Positions 38,087 to 50,717 of a stretch of 64,000 bases of DNA are shown piece after piece (positions within the stretch are counted from its first letter, which is position 1; each line of letters opens with the position of its first letter). The position numbers and the translations under genes were made by a program. Below the pieces are notes generated by a model. That model worked only from the letters and a program-made list of their open reading frames with translations. It made no database searches and was not told the DNA's origin. This stretch comes from Pristiophorus japonicus (taxonomy: Eukaryota): positions 316,076,001-316,140,000 of the forward strand of contig NC_091978.1 in the NCBI RefSeq assembly GCF_044704955.1, in the 5' to 3' direction.

Positions 38087-41000
38087 AGGAGTCCAAGTCA
38101 TGTTTGACTATAAATACTCATCTAGGCCTATATCAGTTTAAAAGGCTACCGTTTGGAGTGTCATCCGCCCCTGCCATATTCCAAGGGGTGATGAACCAGA
38201 TTTTGCAAGGTATTGAAGGGGTAGTATGTTATTTGGATGACATACTAATTTCAGGACCAAATAGGCAAATTCATAATAACATATTGAATGAAGTCCTCAA
38301 ACAGCTAGAGAAACACAGAGTACGAGTGTCTGCTCGTAAGTGTGAGTTATTTAAAAACTTAGTGGAGTACTTAGGGTACAGTGTAGACAAAGATGGTTTA
38401 CTTCCAACCATGGAAAAATTGGATGTAATTAGAAATGCAACCACTCCCAGGAATGTCACTGAACTTCGTTCATTCTTGGATCTTTTGAACTATTATGGGA
38501 AGTTCCTACCACTATTGGCTACAGTATTACATCCATTGAATGAACTTTTGAAAAAACAGGTCCAGTGGAAGTGGTCAAAAGAATGCGATACAGCATTAAG
38601 GAGTGTAAAAGCAAATTGGTAGAGAGCACCATGTTAGTTCACTACGACATATCTAAGGAGATTAAACTAGCATGTGATGCCTCTCCGTATGGAGTTGGGG
38701 CAGTAATCTCTCATGTATTAAGTAGTGGGGAGGAGAGACCAATTGCTTTTGCTTCACGCACTCTCAGTGCCAGTGAGAGAAATTATGCTCAAATTGAAAG
38801 GGAAGCTTTGGCATTAATTTTTGGGGTCAAGAAGTTTCACAAATACTTGTATGGTCGTAAATTTACCATCGTTACGGACCATAAGCCTCTAACAGCAATC
38901 CTCCATCCAAAGTCCCCAGTTCCAACATTAGCTGCAGCCCGAATGCAGAGATGGGCTTTGATTTTGTCAGCATATACATATGATATTGAATACAGACGAT
39001 CAGCTTATCACAGTAATGCTGATGCAATGTCTAGATTGCCTTCCCCATCACAAGTTACACCCGATAGGGAAGAAGTGTTTTATTTTTCATACATTGATGA
39101 ACTGCCAGTCACAGCTGAAGAGATTGGTAGAGCAACCAAACGTGACCCAGTGATGTCAAAGGTGTATGAGTATATTGCAAATGGATGGCCAAACCAGGTA
39201 ACAGACAACGATACACAACCATTCTTCATTCGTAGGAATGAATGATCAGTCGATAAAGATTGTATCATGTGGGGTGCAAGAGTGGTTATACCAAATAAAT
39301 TCAGGTCCAAATTATTCGGAGACCTCCATGACCAGCACCTGGGAATGTGCTTGACCAAGAGTTTTGCACGCAGTTATTTATGGTGGCCAGGTCTTGATAA
39401 AAATATAGAGTACATCGTGAGTCAGTGTACGACATGTCAATCGGTAAACAAGCAACCACCACCAGTACCATTACAGCCATGGAAATGGCCTCCCAGGGTG
39501 TGGCAAAGGCTACATATTGATTTTGCTGAGTTAGATGGACAACAATTGTTCATTGTAATTGATAGCCATTCAAAGTGGGTTGAGGGTTTCCAATGTGGAA
39601 AATAGCAAGTAAAACATTGGACATTTTACGAAAATAATTTTCTGCATTTGGCCTCCTTGAAGAAAATGTTTTGGATAATGGACCATAATTTCGTTCAGAA
39701 GAATTTGCACAATTCACGAGCAAAAATGGTGTGAAACATACCAAGGTTCCATCATACCACCCTGCTTCGAATGGTGCAGCAGAGCGCACTGTACAAATTG
39801 TAAAACGTGCCCTCATAAAACAAATGTTAGATCCAAATCCAAGAAAACGACAGTTGTCATTGGATCACAAATTGGCTAATTTTTTGATTACATATCGTAA
39901 TACTCCTCATACAACTACTGGTAGAACACCAGCAGAGTTGTTTCTCAAATGACAGCCACAAACCAGATTCTCGTTGTTGAAGCCAAATTTGGCACAGTCT
40001 GTAGAAGAGACACAATTAAGACAAAAAGAGAATCTTGATAAAGGGAGAGTAAAAGAGAGAAGTGTGAAATTAAACCAGAAGGTGAGAGTGAGGAACTATC
40101 ACCATAAATGGTTAAAGTGATTACCCGGAAGAGTGGTAAAGATATGTGGTCCTCGCACATATTTGGTCAAGATGTTTGATAATGAACAGGTGAGGTTTGT
40201 CCATATTGATCATATTTTACCTACAGACATGGAAGGAGTTGAAGGTGGGAATGATTCAATTATTTCTGACTTTTCAGATAGTTTTGATATACCAGTAGCA
40301 AATCCTAAATCCAATGTACTGGAAACAAATCCAGGAGAGAATCAGAATGAAAGTCTGAGTCCGAGTCAGGAAAACAAAGAGCCTGAAGTTAGAGGGAGTG
40401 CAAATGAAAATCAAGGAAATTCCATGGAGGAAAATGTTCCTCAGGATGAGCCTCAAATGAGTGTGAAATCAACACCATGTTTGGAAGGTTCTATTCGAGA
40501 GCGAAGGTGTCCTCTTCAAAACAGAAAACAAGTGGTAAAGTTAAATTTGTAAATATGTATAAAAATGAAAGTTATTTATGATGTTTGTTATGATGGATTT
40601 TTCATTAAGGAGGGAGAAGTGTAATGTCTGTAAGCTTGTAATGTTTGTAGCTCCACACTGTGGATGTGGACGTATTGTGTACTGCAGCTGCATAGTTAAT
40701 CATGAAACAACAGGCAGCTTTCCGGAGAGTTCCGAGAGACCAGCCTGCCATGTTAGGAAGCTGTGTGTGCTGTGCTCTATGAAGATATCACAGTTATCTT
40801 TCCTTAAGTTCAAGTAACCCTAGTCTCTGAATTAACACTGTCACTCTCCATCTTAATAAAGAATTCTACCATATTATGGTCACTCTTCCCCAAGGGGCCT
40901 TGCACAACGAGATTGCTAATTAGTCCTTTCTCATTACACATCACCCAGTCTCGGATGGCCAGCCCTCTAGTTGGTTCCTCGACATATTGGTCTAGAAAAC

Positions 41001-41093
41001 CATCCCTAATACACTCCAGGAAATCCTCCTCCACCGTATTGCTACCAGTTTCGTTAGCCCAATCTATATGTAGATTAAAGTCACCCATGATAA

Positions 41094-43697
41094 ACATAGA
41101 AACATAGAAATATAGAAATTAGGTGCAGGAGCAGGTCATTCGGCCCTTCGAGCCTGCACCGCCATTCAATAAGATCATGGCTGATCATTCAACTTCAATA
41201 CCCCTTTCCTGCTTTCTCTCCATACCCCTTGATCGCTTTGGCCGTAAGGGCCATATCTAACTCCCTTTTGAATATATCTAACGAACTGGCCTCAACAACT
41301 CTTTGCGGTAGGGAATTCCACAAGTTAACCACTCTATGAGTGAAGACATTCCTCCTCATCTCGGTCCTAAATGGCTTACCCCTTATTCTTAGACTGTGAC
41401 CCCAGTTCTGGAACTCCCCAGCAATGGGAACATTCTTCCTGCCTCGAATCTGTCAATCCCGTCAGAATTTTATGTTTCTATGAGATCCCCTCTCATTCTT
41501 CTAAAATCCAGTGGATACAAGCCCAGTTGATCCAGTCTCTCCTTATATGTCAGCCCTGCCATCCCGGGAATGAGTCTGGTGAACCTTCGCTGTACTTCTT
41601 CAATAGCAAGAACGCCCTTCCTCAGATTAGGAGACCAAAACTGAAAACAACATTCCAGGGTGTGGCCTCACCAAGGCTCTGTACAACTAGAGTAAGACCT
41701 CCCTGCTCCTATACTCAAGTCCTCTAGCTATGAAGGCCAACATGCCATTTGCCTTCTTCACCGCTTGCTGTACCTGCTTGACAACCTTCAATGACTGATG
41801 TACCATGACACCCAGGTCTCGTTGCACCTCCCCTTTCCCTAATCTGTCACCATTAAGATAATATTCTGTCTTCCTGTTTTTGCCACCATAGTGGATAACC
41901 TCACATTTATCCACATTATACTGCATCTACCATGCATTTGCCCACTCACCTAACCTGTCCAAGTCACCCTGCAGCCTCTTAGCATCCTCCTCACAGCTCA
42001 CACCGCCACCCAGCTTAGTGTCATCTGCAAACTTGGAGATATTACATTCAATTCCTTCATCTAAGTCATTGATGTATATTGTAAATAGCTGGGATCCCAG
42101 CACTGAACCTTGCAGCACCCCACTGGTCACTGCCTGCCATTCTGAAAAGGACCCGTTTATTCCCGACTCTCTGCTTCCTGTCTGCCAACCAGTTCTCTAT
42201 CCACGTCAATACATTACTCCCAATACCATGTGCTTTAATTTTGCACACTATTCTCTTGTGTGGGACCTTGTCAAAAGCCTTTTAAAATCCAGATAACCAC
42301 ATCCACTGGTTCTCCCTTGTCCACTCTACCAGTTACATCCTCAAAAATTTCTAGAAGATTTGTCAAGCATGATTTCCCTTTCATAAATCTATGCTGACTT
42401 AGACTGATCCTGTCACTGCTTTCCAAATGCGCTGCTATTTCATCTTTAATAAGTGATTCCAACATTTTCCTCACACCGATGTCAGGCTAACCGGTTTATA
42501 ATTCCCTGTTGTCTCTCTCCCTCCTTTTTTAAAAAGTGGTGTTACATTCACTACCCTTCAGTCCATTGGAACTGATCCAGAGTCAATAGAATGTTGGAAA
42601 ATGATCACCAATGCATCCAATATTTCTAGGGCCACTTCCTTAAGTACTCTGGGATGCAGCCTATCAGGCCCTTGGGATTTATCGGCCCTCAATCCCATCA
42701 ATTTCCCGAACACAATTTCCTGACTAATAAGGATTTCCTTCAGTTCTTCTTTTTCGCTCGACCCTCGAACCGCTAGTATTTCCGGAAGGTTATTTGTGTC
42801 TTTCTTAGTGAAGACAGATCCAAAGTATTTGTTCAATTGGTCTGCCATTTCTTTATTCCCCATTATAAATTCATCTGATTCTGACTGCAAGGGACCTACA
42901 TTAGTCTTCACTAATCTTTTTATCTTCACATATCTATAGAAGCTTTTCCAGTCAGTTTTTATGTTCCCTGCAAGCTTCCTCTCATACGCTATCTTCCCCC
43001 TCCTAATTAGACCCTTTGTCCTCCTCTGCTGAATTCTAAATTTCTCACAGTCCTCAGGTTTGCTGCTTTTTCTGGCGAATGTATATGCCTCTTCCTTGGA
43101 TTTACCACTATCCCTAATTTCCCTTGTTAGCCACGGTTGAGCCACCTTCCCCGTTTTATTTTTACTCCAGACAGGGATGTACAATTGTTGAAGTTCATCC
43201 ATGTAATCTATAAATGTCTGCCATTGCCTATCCACTCTCAACCCTTTAAGTATCATTTGCCAGTCTATCCTAGCCAATTCACGTCTCATACCATAGAAGT
43301 TACCTTTCCTTAAGTCCTGCACCCTAGTCTCTGAATTAACACTGTCACTCTCCATCTTAATAAAGAATTCTACCATATAATGGTCACTCTTCCCCAAGGG
43401 GCCTCGCACAACAAGATTGCTAATTAGTCCTTTCTCATTACACATCACCCAGTCTAGGATGGCCAGCTCTCTAGTTGGCTCTCAACATATTGGTCTAGAA
43501 AGCCATCCCTAATCCACTCGAGGAAATGCTCCTCCACCGCATTGCTACCAGTTTGGTTGGCCCAATCAATATGTAGATTAAAGTCACCCATGATAACTGC
43601 TGTATCCTTATTGTACGCATCCCTAATTTCCTGTTTGATGCCATCCCCAATCTCCCTACTACTGTTTGGTGGTCTGTACACAACTTCCACTAACACA
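41094..43697 (-). mobile_element. Second CR1 LINE, 5'-truncated, decayed
   Basis: Tail aacatagaaacatag at 41094; VVYRPP, IMGDFN, SDH, FADD. Confidence 0.93.
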
Positions 43698-46600
43698 TGC
43701 ACATCTTAAGCTCAAACTGTTGTGACCTTGGTCTCTTTATTGTAACTCCAGAGTGAGGAGGCAGCTTGGTAGTCTGCCTTCTATACCTGCTTGCCCGGGG
43801 TGTGCAGGTGACCATTGGGTCTCCCACAGGTGCACCCCTGTTGGCAAGTCTTACACTTTGGTAGTGTTTACATACATAACATCATTCCCCCCCCCCCAAA
43901 TCTTATGTACAAGTTATTTACAAGTTGAGGGGATCCGGGGCTCTGTATTCCAGGGTTGATCACCTGAGTTGAAGTCCTGGCATGGGTGAGTCGGTCGGAT
44001 CATTGCTGCACTGCGGTGTGGCTGGTCTGATCGGACTGTCGGGCATGGTGGGTTCATCCTTGTGGTTGACCGTGAGTTCGATTGCTGGTTGCGTGTGTGT
44101 GGGTGGATCAATGATGGTAATGTCCTCTTCAAACTGTTCTTGGTTGTCGGTGAACCGCAGTTTGGTCTGATCCAAGTGCTTTCTGCACGTTTGTCCGTTC
44201 AAAAGTTTGGCAACTCTACTCCCCTCCTTGGCTAACAAAGTGCCAGCAACCCATTTGGGACCATGACCATAATTAAGAACAAACACAGGGTCATTGACTT
44301 CAATGTCACGTGATGCAGCCGGGCGATCGTGGTACATGTTATGCCGGTTTCTACATGATCACTGAGATCCAGGTGGACTAGGAGATCTTGGTTTTGAGTG
44401 CTCTCTTCATTAGCAATTCTGCAGGGGGTACCCCGGTAAGCGAGTGGCGTCGCGTGCAGTAGCTGAGCAGAATCTGAGATAACCGGGTCTGCAGGGAACC
44501 GTTCATCACGCGTTTCAAGCTCTGCTTGATGGTTTGGACTGCCCGGTCCACTTGACCATTGAGTGCGAGCTTAAACAGCGCAGACCCGACATGCTTGATG
44601 CAATTGCGGGTCATGAACTCGTTGAATTCCGAACTGGTGAAGCTTGGTCCATTGTCACTAACAAGGGCGTCGGGCAAACCATGGGTGGCGAACATGGCCC
44701 GGAGGCTTTCAATGGTGGCAGTGGATGCACATGACGACATTATTATACATTCAACCCATTTAGAGTAAGCGTCCACTGCTACTAGGACCATCTTTCCTAG
44801 AAAAGGACCAGCGAAATCTACGTGGACCCTTGACTACTGTTTGGAGGGCCATGACCACAGACTCAGTGGGGTCTCCCTTGGTGCCTTGGTGCGTGCTCAA
44901 CTGTGAGCAAGTGTTACGCATGACTCCAATTCAGAGTCAATGCCGGGCCACCAAACGTGCGACCTGACGATAGCCTTCATCATGACTATGCCTGGTGGGT
45001 ACTATGAAGGTCGCGTATAAACATTTCCCTGCCTTTTTTTGGCAAAATTACCCGATTCCCCCATAGGAGGCAGTCCAAATGGATGGACATTTCATCCTTG
45101 CGTCAGTGGAACGGCTGAATTTCGTCTTGCATTTCTGCGGGAACCGCCGACCAGCTCCCATTGAGGACGCAGCTTTTTACTAGTGAAAACACCGGGTCCT
45201 GGCTAGTTCAGGTCTTGACCTGGCGAGCTGTGACGGGTGACCCCTCACCCTCAAAAGCATCCGTTACAAGGAGCAAGTCTGCAGGTTGCGCCATTTCCAC
45301 CCCGATGGTGAGCAATGGTAGCCGACTGAGGGCATCCACATAGTTCTCAGAGCCTGGTCTGTGGCGGATTACATAATCATACGCAGATAATGTTAGTGCC
45401 CATCTTTGGATGCAGGACGAAGCATTGGTGTTAATACCTTTGCTTTCTGAGAACAACGAAATGAGTGGCTTGTGGTCGGTTTCGAGCTCGAGCTGGAGCC
45501 CAAATAGGTATTGGTGCATTTTCTTAACCCCTTATACACATGTTAATGCTTCTTTCTCAACCATACTGTAGGCTCTTTCAGCCTTAGATGAGCTTCTGGA
45601 TGCATATGCAACTGGTCACAATTTGCCTGACACATTGGCTTGCTGTAACAGACAACCGACCCCATATGAAGATGCATCACAAGCTAGTATTAAACGTTTA
45701 CATGGGTCATACAATACAGGTAACTTGTTAGAACATAGCAGGTTTCTGGCCTTATTAAAGGCTGTCTCTTGAGATTATTTACCCCAAACCCAGTCGTCAC
45801 CCGTGCGTAAATGCAATGGTTCCAGCAAAGTGCTCAACCCCGGTAGAAAGTTACCAAAATAGTTGAGGAGTCCCAGGAACGAACGCAGCTCCGTCACATT
45901 CTGTGGTCTGGGTGCATTCTTGATGGCCTCCGTCTTGGAGTCCTTGGGTCTGATGCCATCCGCCGCAATCTTTCTCCCCAGAAATTTGACCTCTGGTGCC
46001 AGGAAAACACACTTGGAACGTTTCAGCCTGAGTCCCACTCTGTCCAGTCGCTTGAGAACCTTTTCCTGGTTGTGCAACTGTTCGGTGGTGTTGCGGCCAG
46101 TGATCAAGATGTCATCTTGGAACACCATGGTGCGCGAAACTGATTTCAGCAGACTCTCCATGTTCCTCTGGAAGATGGCCGCCGCTGAGCGAATCCCAAA
46201 GGGGCATCTGTGATATTTGAATAGTCCTCTGTGTGTGTTGATGCATGTCAATTTTTTTGAAAGTTCAGCCAGCTCCTGTGTCATGTAAGCAGAGGTTAGA
46301 TCCAGCTTGGTGAACGACTTCCCCCCTGCTACTGTTACAACAGGTCATCTGCTTTGGGTAGTGGGTATTGGTCCTGTAACGAGACTCGGTTGGTTGTTAC
46401 CTTATAGTCCCCGTAGATTCTGACCGTCCCGTCGCTCTTCAACACCGGAACAATTGGACTGGCTCACTCGTTGAACTTGACTGGCAATATGATCCCCTCT
46501 CATTGAAGTCTATCCAGCTCGATATCGTCTTTCTCTCGCATCATGTATGGAACCGCTTGGGCCTTGTGATGAATGGGTCATGCATCAGGGACTAGATGGA

Positions 46601-48190
46601 TCTGCACTTTGGCGCCTGTGAAGTTGCCGATGCCTGGCTCGAATAACGACGGGAATTTGTTTAGCACTTGGGCGCACGAGCGTCATCCTCCGAAGACCGT
46701 GCTTTGATGTCGTCCCAGTTCCATCAGATCTTTCCCAGCCAGCTTCTGCTGAACAGCGTTGGGCCATCGCCTGGTACAATCCATAATGGTAAATCATGCA
46801 TTGCTCCATCGTACGATACCTTCACTGCTGCACTGCCAATGACTGGTATGAGCTCTTTGATGTAAGTGCACAGCTTGGTGTAGATCGAGCTTAGTTTTGG
46901 TCTTTGTGCCTTGTTGCCCCACAGTTTCTCAAAAGCCTTCTGGCTCATAATTGATTGACTCACCCCCGTGTCCAATTCCATGGAAACTGGAATGCCATTT
47001 AATTTGACTTTTAACAGTATCGGAGGGTTTTTGGTGGTGAAGCTGTGTAACCCATACACTTCCTCTTCAGCCTCGGGTTGAGTTGCCTCTCTTATTCATT
47101 CAGTGTGATCAGCGCCGGATCGGTCATCTTCTGCCGACTCTGCCACGTGGTGAGTCGCAGCACGTCTGCACATCCGCTGGAGGTGCCCCATTGTTCCACA
47201 GCCCTTGCACACGTAGTGCTTGAATCGACATTGATGGGCTGGATGACTACCCCCACAGCGCCAACGTGGTGCTAATGGATTTGCATTCATGCCCCACGGC
47301 GGGCTCTGAGTCATCCTATGTCTGGCGTCTGCGGGCGTGTGGGCCCTGCCATGTACAGTTCTGCCTGATGAAGGCAGTATTTTATGCACAGTACTTACCG
47401 GTGAGTTCCGATGCTGCAATGATATCTGTTTAGTGTTATCGTTCATGGACGTAAAAGCCTGGGCTATCGTGATGGCCTTGCTCAGATCTAGGGATTCGGC
47501 TGACAGCAGTTTGCGAAGAATGACCTCGTGGCTGATTCCAAGCACGAAAAAGTCCGGCAACACTTCCCTCAAAAATCCAGAAAATATGAATGGTCCCGCA
47601 AGGTGGCTTAGGTTGGCGACATAGCTCGCCACATCCTGACCCTCGGAGCGTATAAAAGCGATAACTGGCCATCAAGACGCTCTCCTTTGGCTTGAGGTGT
47701 TCCCGAACCAGCGTGCACAGCTCTTCATATGTCTTCTCCGTTGGTTTCATCGGTACTAGCAGATTTTTGATGATGCCAAATATCGTGGACCCGCAAATGG
47801 TGAGGAGAATCGCCTTGCGCTTGATTGCAGTTTCTTCCTTTTCCAGCTCTTTGGCCATGAAGTACTGGTCAAGGCGCTCAACGAAGACTTCCCAATCATC
47901 ACCTTCAACAAATCTCTTAAGAATACTAAAGGCAGTCATAACTGCGTGAAAATTTGTGATCTGTTACTCGTCACCAATTGTTACGTTTAGAATAATCCAC
48001 AAGACTGCACATCTTAAGCTCAAACTGTTGTAACCTTGGTCTCTTTATTGTAACTCCAGAGTGAGGAGGCAGCATGGTAGACTGCCTTTTATACCTGCTT
48101 GCCCAGGGCGTGCAGGTGACTCTTGGGTCTCTCACAGGTGAGCCCCCCGGTGGCAAGTCTTAAACTTTGGTAGTGTTTACATACATAACA
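43698..48190 (-). mobile_element. Near-full-length decayed Gypsy E (gag-PR-RT-RH-IN)
   Basis: 5' LTR 47979-48190; 3' LTR 43698-43881, missing ~27 bp; PBS TGGTGACGAG at 47967-47976; G-rich PPT at ~43882-43897; ELDTGV; FQDD; IN VSDNGP. Confidence 0.93.
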
Positions 48191-48199
48191 CTAACTTCA

Positions 48200-48362
48200 A
48201 ACCAATTCCCTACCTATGTCAATAAGTTGCCTCGAATTCCATGCATTCGCATTTTTGTTAGCAATCTCTTATGTGAAACCTTATCAAATGCCTTCTGGAA
48301 GTCCATGTAAATAACATCCATAGACACTCCCTTATGTATCACATTAGTTACCTCCTCAAAAA
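48200..48362 (-). mobile_element. CR1 RT fragment
   Basis: [15 protein letters not shown] on the minus strand. Confidence 0.7.
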
Positions 48363-48904
48363 TGTTTGAGGGAGATAATTGAAAAGCAGAGAAGTTATAT
48401 TAAGCTAGTATAGAACCTTGGTTAGACCACACTTAGAATAATGTGTACAGTTCTGGTCTCGATAGTATAAAACGTGTATAGAGGTTAAAGGTGCAAAATA
48501 GATTTACAAGGATGATATCAGAACTGAGATGTAATACTTACCATGAAGCATTGAATAGGATGTGGCTTCTTTCTTTAGAACTGATAGAGGTATTTAAGAT
48601 TATGAAAGGGTTTGATAGGGTAGACGTAGAGAAAATGGCCAGAATTTTACCGGTGCCGAGTGTGCGCGTTTGGGGATGGGTCAGAAGTTAAATTCACGGA
48701 AATTGACAGCACATCACCATATGAGTGACTGTTGTATGCCATGTGGCAGTGTGAGATTTAATTCTGTCACCAGGTTGCTGGAAGGTCCCCCCCCCCCCCC
48801 CGCCTCTCCATCTCCCACCGCCAGCACTCTGCAACTCCAGAGATCTCTAGGGCCTCCTCCTCTGCTGCAGTCAATTGAGTGAATATTGGAGGGCCACCTC
48901 CGGT

Positions 48905-50105
48905 TTTAGATTTTCAAAAGGCATTCGATAAGGTGCCACACAAAAGGTTACTGCAGAAGATAAGGGTACGCGGAATCAGAGGAAATGTATTAGCATGGAT
49001 AGAGAATTGGCTGATGAACAGAAAGCAGAGAGTCGGGATAAATGGGTCCTTTTCGGGTTGAAAATCGGTGGTTAGTGGTGTGCCACAGGGCTCGGTGCTG
49101 GGACCACAACTGTTTACAATATACATAGATGAACTGGAAGAGGGGACAGAGTGTAGTGTAACAAAATTTGCAGATGACACAAAGATTATTGGGAAAGCGG
49201 GTTGTGTAGAGGACACAGAAAGGCTGCAAAGAGATTTAGATAGGTTAAGCGAATGGGCTAAGGTTTGGCAGATGGAATACAATGTCGGAAAGTGTGAGGT
49301 CATCCACCTTGGGGGAAAAAAACAGTAAAAGGGAATATTATTTGAATGGGGAGAAATTACAACATGCTGTGGTGCAGAGGGACCTGGGGGTCCTTGTGCA
49401 TGAATCCCAAAAAGTTAGTTTGCAGGTGCAGCAGGTAATCAGGAAGGTGAATGGAATGTTGGCCTTCATTGCGAGAGGGATGGAGTACAAAAGCAGGGAG
49501 GTCCTTCTGCAACTGTATAGGGTATTGTTGAGGCCGCACCTAAAGTACTGCATGCAGTTTTGGTCACCTTACTTAAGGAAGGATATACTAGCTTTGGAGG
49601 GGGTACAGAGACAATTTACGAGGCTGATTCCGGAGATGAGGGGGTTACCTTATGATGATAGATTGAGTAGACTGGGTCTTTACTCGTTGGAGTTCAGAAG
49701 GATATGGGGTGATCTTATAGAAACATTTAAAATAATGAAAGGGATAGACAAGATAGAGGCAGAGAGGTTGTTTCCGCTGATCGGGGAGACTAGAACTAGG
49801 GGGCACAACCTCAAAATACGGGGGAGCCAATTTAAAACCGATTGAGAAGGAATTTCTTCTCCCAGAGGATTGTGAATCTATGAAATTCTCTGCCCAAGGA
49901 AGCAGTTGAGGCTAGCTCATTGAATGTATTCAAGTCACAGATAGAGAGATTTTTAACCAATAAGGGAATTAAGGGTTACGGGGAGCGGGCGGGTAAGTGG
50001 AGCTGAGTCCACGGCCAGATCAGCCATGATCTTGTTGAATGGCGGAGCAGGCTCGAGGGGCTAGATGGCCTACTCCTGTTCCTAATTCTTATGTTCTTAT
50101 GTTCT
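48905..50105 (+). mobile_element. CR1 3' fragment (copy 2 at ~55809-57010)
   Basis: [25 protein letters not shown]; (ttcttatg)n tail. Confidence 0.93.
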
Positions 50106-50467
50106 CTGCCTTTCCCTGTTGTTGTGGCAAGGAGGGAAAGAAGAGAACGTTGAGTGAGAGTGATGAAATGAGTGTAAGGAATGGATGAGGTACATCTGTA
50201 GAGGGTGACCATGAGGGATTGGCATGAATTGCCAAATGGCCTCGTTCTGTGGTGTTATTTGCTATGATTGCATTAGGATGAGGGTGAGTGTCAGGTGTGG
50301 TTAATCAGATGGGAATTTGTGTAGATGCAAAGAGAGTGAGGGATGGGTGGACCTGCAAGATAGGTTGGTGTGAGGAATGGTGTGCATGAGTAGACTTGGT
50401 AAGGCAGAGTGATGGAGTTGGGGTGACAGGCACATCAGGATGTAGGTGAGTATGGCATTGCACTCAC

Positions 50468-50705
50468 CTTGCCTGACCTTATGAGATCATTGAATCTCTT
50501 GCGGCACCGGATCTACGTCCTCCTCACCACAACCCTGCTGTGCTCTGTGCTGTCCAGCCATGCCCTCTTAGTGTCTCTTATGCTGGTCTTTTTCTGGATT
50601 CTGCAGGGAAGAGGAACTCCTAGCATGCTCTTACTCCCTAGACCAGCACTTCCAGGAAGGCATCTAGAAATCATAGGGCTGCCCTCTGCCTTTGTATCTC
50701 CATGA
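50468..50705 (-). pseudogene. Myb/SANT-like exon 1 remnant (copy 2 at ~57373-57610)
   Basis: KRAW...SRVVVRRT*IRCRKRFNDLIRSGK|gtgagt. Confidence 0.7.
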
Positions 50706-50717
50706 CCCACAGAATAA

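Larger units (their letters stand above)
29684..40792 (+). mobile_element. Full-length decayed Gypsy D (Mag-like; gag-PR-RT-RH-IN), interrupted by the provirus at 31678-38086
   Basis: 173-bp LTRs at 29684-29856 and 40620-40792 (5 mismatches by eye); perfect TSD GTTAT; PPT aaggagggagaag at 40607-40619; EIDTGA; YLDD; CDAS; IN HHCC and HPASNGAAER. Confidence 0.96.
27500..41093 (-). mobile_element. CR1 LINE, split by Gypsy D into 27500-29683 and 40793-41093
   Basis: [28 protein letters not shown]; the sequence is continuous across the GTTAT TSD. Confidence 0.92.

Noticed and set aside
43690-48195. ctaac/ctaac as the TSD of Gypsy E
   Set aside because: The left LTR end is truncated and the right flank does not continue the left CR1, so the match may be chance.
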